Positions 41,001-47,430 of a stretch of 64,000 nt of DNA are shown in pieces. A program made the position numbers and the translations under genes. Source of the stretch: Bacillota bacterium (GTDB lineage Bacteria > Bacillota > Clostridia > Acetivibrionales > DTU013); NCBI GenBank assembly GCA_023399355.1, contig JAEWQC010000006.1, positions 8,422 to 72,421 of the forward strand, written 5' to 3'. The stretch's first letter is position 1, and every line of letters begins with the position of its first letter. The notes beneath the pieces were generated by a model. That model made no database searches, was not told where the DNA came from, and saw only the letters and a list, made by a program, of their open reading frames with translations.

Positions 41001-44000
41001 CAAACCATAGCGGAGTGGTCCTGTTCACCGCCAGGGTCGAAGGTAGTAAACTGATCATCACACCCAACCGGACGCCGAAGGATACACCCTATGATGCGTT
41101 GCTCTACGGCTGGCCTTATGAATTGCGCTATACCGGAGAATGTATCAGCGATTTATATGGGAATAAAGATATCACTGACATCCATTCGATTCTGTTTACC
41201 ATTGAAAGCCAGAAAATTGAATCAAGGTATCCGGCTGCGGACGGTTCGGACATTCCGCTCAATGCGGGCATCAGGGTGATGTTTGGCTCCAGGTTCGACA
41301 ATGCTGTCAAGGGAGCAAATTTTGCGGATATCAGGGTGAGCAGGATGGATGTGAGCGGAGGAAAGACAACCTATACGGACATCGCCTCCCATGCGGTTCT
41401 AAGCGGAAACAGCCTTTACATCTCCCCGGAAGAAGATATGAGCCCCCTGAAGACATATGCCGTCGAGATTCCAAGAGGCGCAGTCAAAGGTTCCGGAACA
41501 GGTGTGAACAATTATGATGCGTTCAGCTTCACCACAGGCACCGATTCCTCCAATACCGGCAGCATCGAGGGACCTGATGCGCTCAGAACCGGAAACGGAC
41601 TTTTGGAGGGGGCAGCGGCAAATTTCAAATCCGTGGGCTATCCTGAGGGCACCGGCTTCGTCTGGGATTTCGGAGACGATGCAACCGCATCGGGCGCAGC
41701 TGTATCTCATATGTTCACAACACGCGGCGAATATAACGTGATGCTGGTTTATACAAATTCAGCAGGCGAGCCGCGTACTATACGCAAAGCTGTCAGCGTA
41801 CTCAAACGACCTGATCTCTCATCTGTACAGCTTGATGCCACACCTTCGGCTCCTGTTGCGGTTCCGGCCGGGAGCAGCGCCGAATGGGTGGTTTCGCTCA
41901 GGAGCGGAGGACAGCCCCTCGGAAAGGCGCCGATCCTTGTCAGCAGGGTCTATCCGGTTACGGAAAACAGGCCGCCGGAGGTCCTGACGACGATCGAAAC
42001 CGACTCCAATGGGTATGCGAGCTACACCGGCACGCTTCCTGAAGGAGTATCGGAGTACTATGTGAAATTTACGTATGAAAACAGTTACAATGGCGTGACA
42101 GTGAAAAAAGAAATCAGAAGGATCATGAAGAGTGCGGTAGGAAAGGTTGAGGTATCCGGATACGTCATCAACGACAGGAATGTTGTCCAGTCAGGTGCTG
42201 CCGTGAAGATTGGAACCACCTCTGTCAGGACGGACAACACCGGATATTACAAGATAACCGGACTGGACGTCGGTACATATACCATGCTCGTCAGTGCGAA
42301 CATGCATTATGACAGTGTAACGGAAATATCGCTTGCTCAAAAGAGCCTGGTCAAAAACATTACGCTCACAAAACGGTCGCCCACCGGCAATCCGTCAGTC
42401 AGTACCATATACATAAACAATGCCGCTCCGGCATACGGACAGAATTTTTACTTCCTGCAGGGGATTGACGCGCCGATAGCGGTACACGCACTCATCGACT
42501 GGAATGGTCATGATCCGGGGTACGTTGAATTCAACCTGAACGGCACGGTCACCAGGAGTACAAACTTTGAGTTTTCGTTGAATGCAAAGAATCTCAAACA
42601 GGGCGATCAGCTCCTGATTGCCTGTGTGACTGCCGATGGCGTCCGGTCGGCTGCTTCCAACGCCCGCATCAATATCATCGAATCGCTTCCGAGAGAGTTT
42701 CCCGTCGATTTGAAACCGACATTTGTCGGGAATAAATATGTCATCGACCAGTATATTCCCCTGACAGGCATCAGTACTCCCTATATCGACAATATCCCGC
42801 TGCTCTCGGGAGGACCGATTTCCTTCCTGTCGCAGCCGGCCCGCGTAACCGGGTTTATGGGCCTGGACGGCACATTCACCGCTGTCGTCGGGAAAGGGGT
42901 CGATGCCAAAGCCATCAGTTATGCGGCGCAGAACAATATGCTGCAGAAATATCTGGCGAGGCAAAACGCATCGACCCAGGCGGAAATAGATGAGATCAAC
43001 GGCAGAAGGTCAAGCTCCCAGTTTGGCAGCTTCGAGTTCAGCGCGAACCTGGACGCCAACTTTAACTGGAACTATATCCCGGATTTAGGCAGGTGGCAAT
43101 ATCTCACGGGAGATATTGCCCTGAATGTGGATACCGAACTGTACGGCAAGAGATCATGGGGCATCAAGGGGATCCCGGTGAGCGCTTTCCTTGCCGGACA
43201 ATTCACACTTGAGATGGATGCGTCCCTGAAGTCGACGGGATCGATAGGAAACTACACCAGCGGATACCTTGACTTCTCCAAAATCGAGATCGAGATTTCC
43301 GGCGGATTGGATGCGTTTATTGCAAGCGCGGGCATCTACTTCGCAGGAGGCGGAAAGGTCAGGATCGATTTCCCGTCGGCGGATGTCAAACATTACATCT
43401 ACGTCAAGGGCTACGCGAAGCTGAAAGCGCTGCTCTGGAGCGTAAATTACCCATTCCTGGAGTACGGCTGGGGCGATGACTATGCCACCGGCAGCAAGGT
43501 TTCCTCCTTGATGTACGATAAAGCCGCCGGTCTTTATGATGTGAAGGAAAATGAGCTTCAGGAAATGAGCAGGGATTACATCAATGGCCAATCGGGATGG
43601 GAGCCATACGGGACGGAGATTACAGGGTCGGTGCCGGTGTCAGACGACTCAGCTTCAATGCCGGGCAGCAGAGCTTCGGCATCAGCAAATGCAGCTTCAG
43701 ATTCATACAGCACAGCTTCGGTACCGGACAATGCTGTTTCAATGCGAAGCAGCGCAGTTACGGCATTAAGCGGAACAGCCACAGCGACAAGCAATACTGC
43801 CCAAATGCAAAGCAGTCCAGCTTCGGCATCAAACAGCACGACAAAGACGACGCTGCGAAGCAATACCTACCCGTATACCGATCAGAAGCTTGTACCGTAT
43901 GACGGCGGTGCGCTGATGGTGCTACTTGAAGATGATCCGGGCAGAACCTCCCTCAACAGGACAAGAGCGTCTTATTCCATCTACAACGGCAGCACATGGA

Positions 44001-47000
44001 CAGCTCCGCTGCCGATAGAACCGGATGATGAGACGGCGGACTTCAAACCTGTGGCGGCTGCCACAACCAACTGTGTCCTGGCGGCATGGGAAAACCTGAA
44101 GGATGTTATGCCAGGGGACGCCAAGCTTGGAGATGCGCTTAAAAGTGAAGAGATCCGCGCCGGCTTTTATGATTCGGCGACGGGAAAATGGAACAGCCCC
44201 TACGACCTGACATCGGACAGCTACCTTGACCATTCGCCCCAAATAGCTGCGGGCGGTGGCAGCGGCATTCTGACCTGGGTCAAGAGCAAATCGGACAATT
44301 ACGATTCCGCCCTGAGCAATGCCTATTCGGCTAAAGATGAGATCATGTTCTCGAAATGGGACGGGAGCAGCTTCAGCAAACCGGACGTCATTGCTTCGCC
44401 CGACGGGATCGTCATTGATTCCTCCATTGCATATGATGGGACTAACGGAGCGTTCGCATGTACGCTGGACGGAGATAACGACCTTAGTACCACCGATGAC
44501 CGCGAGATTTATATCATGACGTACGACGGAACAAAGTGGAGCCCGCTCAGCCGGATGACAGATAATACCGTCAGGGACTCTTCACCCCAGGTTTGCATCG
44601 ATAAAAACGGGAAAGCTTTCCTTGCCTGGAGCGAAGACAAAAAGCTCATGTACGCGGCGGATGCGGGTTCGGATCAGCCTCAGCTCAAAACGGCTCTTGA
44701 GGATACGATCGTCACCGAGCCTCTCACAATGACCCTGAAAAGTGACGGCAGTATTGCTCTGATCTGCCCCGGCAAGTCGTCTGAAGGCGGACAGGAACTG
44801 TATATGATGACATATGACTTTGAATATGATGCCTGGAGTAACGAAATAGAGCTTACGTCGGATCAGGCAAACAACTACTCGCCCAGTTCGGTATTTATCG
44901 GCAATCAGCTTGTGACCGTCTACAACAGGGCGCAGGTGGTTGAGGAAACCAATCCTGCGGATGGGCAAACCTACCCGGCAGCGAGCGACTGTGCCGATCT
45001 TGTGATGTCCTCCGTAACACTCAGTCACGATCTGTCAGTTACATCTGCTGCAATTACGATGTCGGATAATAATCCGTATCCCGGAAGTGTCATTACCATC
45101 GGTGCAACGATAGAGAACAAGGGAATGTTCGCCGAACCGGGAGTTGAGGTTTCATTCTACTACGGAGATCCCGGCAAGGGCGGAACACTGATAAAAACGG
45201 TGACCGTTCCCGGCCCCGTCGTTCCGGGTGACGCGGCATATGCCTCGACCGAATGGGAAGTGCCTTCCGGCGGGACGGAAACCGAACTGTATGTTGTGGC
45301 GAATTATAAGGATAAATCAACCACGGACGGGAACCCAACGGACAATACCGCGGTCAGAAAGATCGTGAGTCCCGATCTCGAGATATCGGCGCTGAAATGT
45401 ACACCGGCAGGAGAAGGAAAATACGCTATTTCGGCAACAGTAACCAATATCGGCCGTTCGGATGTCGCAAATGCAACCGTCTCATTCAACCGCGGCGACC
45501 AGGCAGGCAGCCTGCAGGCTGTCGGAACGGCAGACACCGGAGCGCTGGGCAAGGGCGAGGCAAAGGATGTATTATACCTGTGGCCGGCGGACCCAGGCGT
45601 GTGGATAACGGAAGAAAACAGCTCCAATCCCGGCAAAGTGGATATTTTTGCTTCGGTTGAGGCAACGGGCGGTACGGCTGAGACGGAGCTTTCGAATAAT
45701 CTGTCGACGACAACTCTTGTAAGGAAAAGCCTGAACATACTGGCAACCGATCCGTCCAACTACGGAAAAAACGTCGGTATTGACAAGACTGTCAATATGA
45801 CCTTTGACAGTACAATCAAGAAAGGCGGCGCTTTTGAGAACATTACGCTGGCAGGTCCGGATAATATACCGGCAGCTGTCACAAAAACCATAAGCGAGGA
45901 TACGTTAACCATCAAACCGAATTCACCGCTTAAGTACGGCAGTACCTATACGCTCAGAATTCCAGCTTCTGCGGTCATTATTGCGGAGAGCGGCATATCC
46001 GGCAGCGAGTGTACAATCACTTTCAGCACGGAAACGAACCCCCAAGGCCCGGGTAATCCTGACAACCCGGGCAATCCAGGCGGGAATCCGGGCAATCCGG
46101 CTTCCGGCAACCCAGGTACGAACTCGGATAAGGATAACGGAACCAACACCGCCATCGTATCCGGGGCTTATAAAGGAACGGTTGAAGTGAAGACGGATGC
46201 CGGAAAGGGACAGGCGACAGCCATCCTTGAGGAGGCATTCCTTCGGCAATCAAAGGATTCTCTCTCCATACGGCTGCCCAAAATTGAAAAAGCCGTATCC
46301 TATGGTTTGCAGCTGCCATCGTCCGCCTTATTTGCGAAACCGGGAGACCGTAAGATTAAAATGATATGTGAAAACGGCTCTATCACGCTTCCATCCAATA
46401 TGCTTACGAAGGATCAAGCCGGGAGTCATGAGACTGTGTCTGTCACTATGACAAAAGTTAATGCCGGGAATCTGCCGGGCGAAGTTCAAAAGCTGGTTGG
46501 AAATAAGCCTGTTATTGAGCTGAAGCTGAAGGCTGACGATAAAATGATGGAATGGAGCAATCCCGATGCGCCTGTTACGGTGTCCATTCCATACAAGCCG
46601 ACTGCGGCGGAGCTGTCGGATCCCGATAAGATCGTGATCTGGTACATTGACGGTTCAGGCAGCCTTACTCCGGTTTTTGCCAGCTTTTATGACCCGGAGA
46701 CGGGAATGGTGACATTCAGGACAACCCACTTCAGCTATTATGCAGTAGCGTATGTAAAAAAGAGCTTTACGGACCTGAAAGGTTATTCCTGGGCAAAAGC
46801 TCCCATAGAGGCGCTGGCTGCCAGAGGAATCCTGAACGGCATGCCTAAAACCATGTATTATCCGGGAAAGAATATCACAAGAGCGGATTTCCTGTATATG
46901 CTCGTAAGAACGTTGGGGCTGAGCACCGGGTTCAAATCCAATTTCTCCGATGTAGACAAAAATGCATACTACTGGAACGAACTTGGTACCGCAAGACAGC

Positions 47001-47305
47001 TCGGCATTTCTCTCGGAAGCGGGAACAATCAATTCCGTCCGAATGACAAAATATCAAGACAGGACATGATGGTGCTGACCGTCCGTGCAATTGAGAAGCT
47101 CGGAGAAATGAAAACGCAAGGCGCATCGGATAATCTGGCTCAGTTCAGCGATAAAAAACTCCTTTCGGCATATGCAATCGACAGTGCGGAGTATGCAGTA
47201 AATGCAGGAATGATCAAAGGAAACAAAGGCCTTTTGAATCCGTTGGGAGGCTCGACCAGGGCTGAAGCGGCCGTCATGCTTTATCGATTGTTCAAATCAA
47301 GGTAA
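29039..47305 (+). CDS. giant (6,088 aa) SLH-anchored multidomain cell-surface protein
   Basis: A single uninterrupted 18,267-nt ORF with a GGGAG RBS. The N-terminal signal peptide is MKKRINRFIAVLLSFLVLFAYFPAFIVVHA/AEP. The internal RCC1, Ig-like, Asp-box, PKD and CARDB regions are listed below as separate features. Three C-terminal SLH domains follow. Confidence 0.9.
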   Translation: MKKRINRFIAVLLSFLVLFAYFPAFIVVHAAEPLLTVSECNEYKKLISSSLDYTIAISSDKRVVYWGSPTSPARNVPTDLENVRMVAAGYRFALALKDDGKVVAWGDNEFNQCQGNGLTDVKYITAGNSFALALKNDGTVVAWGANEGGQCDVPAGLSDVVAIEAGSNHALALKSDGTVIAWGANYTDWKQCDIPIDKIDPANTALPKIVALDAPWGHNLAVREDGSVVAWGNNEKLQATVPAGITNAVAASGSLWCSMVLMADGTVKEWGKTYSAMGISEPSGLPFVKAVSSQQDMSFALVENDSGYYKVIPWDGSGKKEEINLSVGPKIVSCALPAGGDKDGDNSYIDVSFNRGIYGDATGTSAVSASAFVLEYRKNEGSANSVTITSATRTDGTELQGGETTVRFHLAVNGTPSGQETIEIKPAYDSGNVPVYDGNGTMIEPSQTTGATFLNTTMLRFVSSTIDDANTYIDVVFNKGIYGDVQGKTGVSVSDFKFSFYRNDGSATGATLVSLTDKDFVSTTPGAETVRFNFSIDGTVNGKETIEIKPADGNSVFTSSGEAMQASRTTGRIPLSPPAPEIVGMELANDNSHLDITFNTGVYGDRDNITKAGFNPVTSGAIICHLQSFGGGATNVSISSFTRLDGITPLIGGETAVRLNLSFTGSPTGVEYFGIWVEHLYNSKGVFLGSENSTMIKLKALSPAIGLCSAAPDNEYIDVNFNMGVYGGVQGFDEKGRPTGVDKDDFKLEYVKGSGTTENVTIRAIGANTGSDPANPAVLKGGEKTVRVFLSLTNPATGGAGAETVKISPKNDESIYSEDKQPVPSSSSTGNVNLHASFPVIESYKLAADNSHIDVDFNLGVYGDSAHTLPVSAPNFSVNFYTYSYNGGRATVATIGAITRQDGSPLEAGDKNLRLRLNITGKPSGAETIAIYPSSANQIYNSMGKSILSGSSQRVPDTFLNPVPEILTGTLAANLSYMDVTFSCGVYGDAAHTAAVDADDFKIVFNKNTGGSATGVTIDSVKKTDTEDKDDAASELTGGETAFRFFLSIDGSQNGQETIRIMPADGNSVYSGAGNPMAQEQSTPSRNLTVGPPEITSAKLARDNSYIDINFSSSVYGDSIHSTGLNEEDFSLSVESNNGDVNRAHISSVRQIDGTTPPSGGEKALRLYLVTQKVVTDEKTNETMLVATSASGTEKIEVKPAGGSSIYSFSGTAMDAAQTTGKISLAEIPRIVSGVMAADYSYVDVTFSKGVYGGSNGRTPLSAGSFLLYFERNGGIATNVSIKAVRKASGTSLSSAPALTGGETTVRVFLSVLGAADGKEWIKILPAGARAIYDSSGRAMSDDKSTGMLYLKGSTLQIVSSFIAEDNSYVDVNFNVGVYGAADGDSPVTLNCFGIAATDGRIASVTKTDGEALTGGETTLRFHLNFPYVQYPGAAFAIVPASSSGGPKVYNANGAEMPLNQQTGMIPLNNVALDSSELSQNNAYIDLKFDMGVYGNNAQNTPIGPEDLALEFRQNGGTATGAAISSIRPADNAVEADAGTLKGGEATVRVFLKVSGNPDGKETVSLSTVPGSVIGSHILAGVLTTGAISMYSGAFKAVSAAMGDDNAYVDMTFSQGIYGDAAGRTPVDANDFAASFSGGPGSLTGVSIAAVGKPDGEKPGTASMLTGGEKTVRIFLSVSGTLSGSESLKIEPKTTSSIYPLHGAALSGENSSATVQMISNKPEILSSVMAAGSKYVDVIFNIGVYGTASSGPVTRDSFDCAFNANAGNGGNGKITVSVNSVRKPDSGSEAFASALTGGEKTLRFFLKINKAPGSTATDSIIPTGLETIVITPAQTIYSSTGQQLSTSASTGPVGLLAPEPEFGDCSASQQSGTDKKLQYIDVKFTTDVFGAADGSTPVDPSDFELLFARNSGNAERAEILSVCRPDPAEPAKDSELTGGTSAIRFYLKTYFGNGANAVEASTSGVETVVIKPKDNSIFNRSGQAMAVTKATDALKLANMFPRVVSARVGPGNGYVDVTFSTGIYGNSGSTGKAAYYSNFQAVFTRNGGAATNANINWAAKPDNSDRLLATTLVGGEETIRFFLTVTNVPSGVEMVEIVPASPQLRDADGLTLKAAQSTGRLRLVTPYPPQWSLSGSSEEAPGWMSDYRISTGNAHTLVVKNDGTVAAFGENSQGQANVPGTLSGVDSVAAGDTFSAALKKNGTLVGWGALKIPAGMTNVKMIAAGGSTLFALRADSSGEYISLVGDDYYKYDDDNDRNYYVEKLKLMDKDVPVKAISAGSDEHLLVLRNDGTVEAYDYNDRLTSDYYGQCSIPEGLKEVRAVSAGFGFSLALKKDGTVAGWGNVRLPTGGLVNVSAISSSLRGYCVLKTDGTAEVYDINGVKLINSGTAVLSGIIGVSAGADTYLFVSRDGTVDGLRDTGVFGYMEDIDTPADLNIYKHVLNGTISGNAFVTLELRDSTAVNAAKLGMYGGNGLRGITAADLKVEIVKGSQSLLGITITDVKKGSSIYEDAAAGDTAVRVMLRVAGVPDGTERFVIKPTTSFSVADASGNSIFASQPSNVIALDRGSEYELYSRRIDAGWSHTVAMKDTGYVFNWGDNTYGQAPAMLNRDNAVQVSAGYHHTVVLLHDGTVKEWGENYYGQLDMPGNVKNIMQISAGGYHTLALKSDGTVLAWGDDFYKQCTVPLGLFNVIAVSAGGHHSLALKSDGTVAAWGDDSFRQCSGMPSGLKEVVAVSAGDNFSLALKRDGTVVAWGNNDKGQCTVPSGLANIKAVSAGYRHALALKSDGTVVAWGDNSKGQCTVPSDLTGVFAVSAGAYHNAAIKSDGKIIAWGDNSAGQAAVPESGLPPKVVSAVMAEDNSYIDLQFNAGVYGSPDGTGPLKTGNFKVVFDGKSAGGATGVSISSVRKNDNPLESKASALTGGENTVRVFLTFSGVIKGVETVQLTQDSAKPIYDMYKVPIQNANLTPVFTLKLQKTGNDIMVDNISSGVGTKYEVVAIDSTDGKSAPVYDYVPSNNCYSISWEHELKTAGATKNADGFYESNNTMLIAGFYSKEKNHANQDITQVTFNSKPMKFLKTAAIGDMKLDLYYMLGKDFPTNPGKYKVTAYYRGSNNLLYGKAVSLTNVAQMAPENAASTLDDGTYWNMSTALETKTDHAMQVDFTATPNNNEVAMKTTNRDKAGAYVTNCNDSVYYKDWATISASVRSAEYPKEDISYELTPTYDTLPELPAGNKIAFVQDAGSSGNAAAGRQFTFTSGDDGATVTILSSPDGNSWTTSTCSLPAITYQGFTYTYFGKTEITDWAAYQDTASGTTRYVAIGNANVGRYKQDGSAEYETEEYTDEGGHPQTHRWTYETSIKVYLMSSDGEHWTSGYYPDFVFGNYENVKNGSLYTKFKEIVCNNNGLFVAYDNANVYYMIYSDTEWTLGKSFEKDSQGKVVNTQYNYLTGLFTRNNILVLTGRGLDDENLNIYWSTGGRDWKQAAVTYRDPKFYEYDKTARKTIWTYSRSFTGMTYAHDTFAASNEYTIAASQDGKNWSVYKSDKQGSDLVAFHDTFFRTVYYHTASGNACWLLSSDDLLDWQVEDKDFLLSEFTPEGAKKTLTANTVRNGFEAMTLELAAPEDGDVKVPVNSVLTISYTDELKQGADFKRISLTTAAGINVPAGLLLDGENGTMSILPKDDLSPITKYILTIPEGALINTTSMKANKLLRIAFTTGTSTLPEITGDNLGSAENPFDVDSPLNLCYSRDIAVNLQTLFDKITVAPKNNLSNKVQLDRRIEGTKLILTPAVPLQYTTAYMITIPDGAVKDLFGIEAGGKSIEFMTGADSKLPVVERTDPVDLGERIATANPICAYFSEAVTKGAGFGGITLRDIRSDTATEAEVTLKDEIVNGTTRTALIIQPAAELALHHTYRVTIPSDAVRDASNNTLASEYSFEFTEEIRKSYPVLVGSSPSNNATEVDFMGDIVLTYDRPIKMTDSFSLPGFVSIKSQDANHSGVVLFTARVEGSKLIITPNRTPKDTPYDALLYGWPYELRYTGECISDLYGNKDITDIHSILFTIESQKIESRYPAADGSDIPLNAGIRVMFGSRFDNAVKGANFADIRVSRMDVSGGKTTYTDIASHAVLSGNSLYISPEEDMSPLKTYAVEIPRGAVKGSGTGVNNYDAFSFTTGTDSSNTGSIEGPDALRTGNGLLEGAAANFKSVGYPEGTGFVWDFGDDATASGAAVSHMFTTRGEYNVMLVYTNSAGEPRTIRKAVSVLKRPDLSSVQLDATPSAPVAVPAGSSAEWVVSLRSGGQPLGKAPILVSRVYPVTENRPPEVLTTIETDSNGYASYTGTLPEGVSEYYVKFTYENSYNGVTVKKEIRRIMKSAVGKVEVSGYVINDRNVVQSGAAVKIGTTSVRTDNTGYYKITGLDVGTYTMLVSANMHYDSVTEISLAQKSLVKNITLTKRSPTGNPSVSTIYINNAAPAYGQNFYFLQGIDAPIAVHALIDWNGHDPGYVEFNLNGTVTRSTNFEFSLNAKNLKQGDQLLIACVTADGVRSAASNARINIIESLPREFPVDLKPTFVGNKYVIDQYIPLTGISTPYIDNIPLLSGGPISFLSQPARVTGFMGLDGTFTAVVGKGVDAKAISYAAQNNMLQKYLARQNASTQAEIDEINGRRSSSQFGSFEFSANLDANFNWNYIPDLGRWQYLTGDIALNVDTELYGKRSWGIKGIPVSAFLAGQFTLEMDASLKSTGSIGNYTSGYLDFSKIEIEISGGLDAFIASAGIYFAGGGKVRIDFPSADVKHYIYVKGYAKLKALLWSVNYPFLEYGWGDDYATGSKVSSLMYDKAAGLYDVKENELQEMSRDYINGQSGWEPYGTEITGSVPVSDDSASMPGSRASASANAASDSYSTASVPDNAVSMRSSAVTALSGTATATSNTAQMQSSPASASNSTTKTTLRSNTYPYTDQKLVPYDGGALMVLLEDDPGRTSLNRTRASYSIYNGSTWTAPLPIEPDDETADFKPVAAATTNCVLAAWENLKDVMPGDAKLGDALKSEEIRAGFYDSATGKWNSPYDLTSDSYLDHSPQIAAGGGSGILTWVKSKSDNYDSALSNAYSAKDEIMFSKWDGSSFSKPDVIASPDGIVIDSSIAYDGTNGAFACTLDGDNDLSTTDDREIYIMTYDGTKWSPLSRMTDNTVRDSSPQVCIDKNGKAFLAWSEDKKLMYAADAGSDQPQLKTALEDTIVTEPLTMTLKSDGSIALICPGKSSEGGQELYMMTYDFEYDAWSNEIELTSDQANNYSPSSVFIGNQLVTVYNRAQVVEETNPADGQTYPAASDCADLVMSSVTLSHDLSVTSAAITMSDNNPYPGSVITIGATIENKGMFAEPGVEVSFYYGDPGKGGTLIKTVTVPGPVVPGDAAYASTEWEVPSGGTETELYVVANYKDKSTTDGNPTDNTAVRKIVSPDLEISALKCTPAGEGKYAISATVTNIGRSDVANATVSFNRGDQAGSLQAVGTADTGALGKGEAKDVLYLWPADPGVWITEENSSNPGKVDIFASVEATGGTAETELSNNLSTTTLVRKSLNILATDPSNYGKNVGIDKTVNMTFDSTIKKGGAFENITLAGPDNIPAAVTKTISEDTLTIKPNSPLKYGSTYTLRIPASAVIIAESGISGSECTITFSTETNPQGPGNPDNPGNPGGNPGNPASGNPGTNSDKDNGTNTAIVSGAYKGTVEVKTDAGKGQATAILEEAFLRQSKDSLSIRLPKIEKAVSYGLQLPSSALFAKPGDRKIKMICENGSITLPSNMLTKDQAGSHETVSVTMTKVNAGNLPGEVQKLVGNKPVIELKLKADDKMMEWSNPDAPVTVSIPYKPTAAELSDPDKIVIWYIDGSGSLTPVFASFYDPETGMVTFRTTHFSYYAVAYVKKSFTDLKGYSWAKAPIEALAARGILNGMPKTMYYPGKNITRADFLYMLVRTLGLSTGFKSNFSDVDKNAYYWNELGTARQLGISLGSGNNQFRPNDKISRQDMMVLTVRAIEKLGEMKTQGASDNLAQFSDKKLLSAYAIDSAEYAVNAGMIKGNKGLLNPLGGSTRAEAAVMLYRLFKSR
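29192..29993 (+). repeat. RCC1-repeat beta-propeller cluster 1 (inside the giant ORF)
   Basis: About seven blades of the form ..AAGxxFALALKxDGxVVAWGxNxxGQCxVPxGL.., for example VAAGYRFALALKDDGKVVAWGDNEFNQC and ITAGNSFALALKNDGTVVAWGANEGGQCDVPAGL. Confidence 0.75.
30020..35410 (+). repeat. 14 tandem copies of an unassigned ~115-135-aa repeat domain (inside the giant ORF)
   Basis: Each unit contains three conserved blocks: (D/N)NxY(I/V)D(V/I/L)xF(N/S)xG(V/I)YG; then L(T/K)GGExx(V/I/L)R(V/F)xL; then GxE(T/S)(I/V)x(I/V)xP; and ends ...TTGxxxL. The anchors read in order: DNSYIDVSF, ANTYIDVVF, DNSHLDITF, DNEYIDVNF, DNSHIDVDF, NLSYMDVTF, DNSYIDINF, DYSYVDVTF, DNSYVDVNF, NNAYIDLKF, DNAYVDMTF, GSKYVDVIF, KLQYIDVKF, GNGYVDVTF. 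Confidence 0.8.
35477..36287 (+). repeat. RCC1-like propeller cluster 2 (more degenerate)
   Basis: ISTGNAHTLVVKNDGTVAAFGENSQGQANVPG, VAAGDTFSAALKKNGTLVGWG, VSAGFGFSLALKKDGTVAGWG and similar blades. Confidence 0.6.
36752..37562 (+). repeat. RCC1-repeat propeller cluster 3 (best conserved; blades also similar at the DNA level)
   Basis: Seven blades, for example VSAGGHHSLALKSDGTVAAWGDDSFRQC, VSAGDNFSLALKRDGTVVAWGNNDKGQCTVPSGL and VSAGYRHALALKSDGTVVAWGDNSKGQCTVPSDL. The nucleotide strings around 37129-37200, 37250-37320 and 37369-37440 are visibly alike. Confidence 0.8.
38831..39778 (+). repeat. Asp-box (BNR, SxDxGxxW) repeat region, probable beta-propeller
   Basis: Five Asp-box-like motifs: SSPDGNSW (38831), SSDGEHW (39119), STGGRDW (39446), SQDGKNW (39617) and SSDDLLDW (39746). 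They are spaced about 40-110 codons apart. Confidence 0.6.
39871..41550 (+). repeat. five tandem SbsA/Big_5-like Ig domains
   Basis: Units of about 110 aa with the pattern P.dg..vpvns.l.i.f......g..f..i.l......v.....l.g..l.i.P...L...T.Y.v.IP.GAv.d..gn......f.F.T. Examples are ...YILTIPEGAL..., ...YMITIPDGAVKD..., ...YRVTIPSDAVRD... and ...YAVEIPRGAVKG.... Confidence 0.6.
41560..41805 (+). other. PKD domain
   Basis: FVWDFGDDATASGAAVSHMFTTRGEYNVMLVYTNSAGE (WDFGDG-type PKD signature). Confidence 0.7.
42139..42375 (+). other. carboxypeptidase-regulatory-like (CarboxypepD_reg) beta-sandwich domain
   Basis: VEVSGYVINDRNVVQSGAAVKIGTTSVRTDNTGYYKITGLDVGTYTMLVSANMHY. Confidence 0.6.
45028..45730 (+). 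repeat. two CARDB-like domains
   Basis: DLSVTSAAITMSDNNPYPGSVITIGATIENKGMFAEPGVEVSFYYGDP...AYASTEWEVP and DLEISALKCTPAGEGKYAISATVTNIGRSDVANATVSFNRGD.... Confidence 0.6.
46766..47302 (+). repeat. three S-layer homology (SLH) domains (cell-wall anchor)
   Basis: FTDLKGYSWAKAPIEALAARGILNGM...ITRADFLYMLVRTL; FSDVDKNAYYWNELGTARQLGISLGSGNNQFRPNDKISRQDMMVLTVRA; FSDKKLLSAYAIDSAEYAVNAGMIKGNKGLLNPLGGSTRAEAAVMLYRLF. Confidence 0.85.
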
Positions 47306-47344
47306 TGCGTCAGCCTGCAACCTGACGGGAAATTGGGAAAGCCG

Positions 47345-47382
47345 TGAGGCCGCTGAAACATAGCGGCTTCAGGGCTTTGTTG
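47345..47382 (+). terminator. probable intrinsic terminator of the giant ORF
   Basis: TGAGGCCGCT (47345-54) pairs with AGCGGCTTCA (47362-71): 10 bp with one G-U pair and a 7-nt loop. The tail is GGGCTTTGTTG. It starts 40 nt after the stop codon. Confidence 0.45.
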
Positions 47383-47430
47383 TAACATAAATAAACCCCC
47401 GGCTCTGCCGGGGGAGACAAAGAGCTTTAG

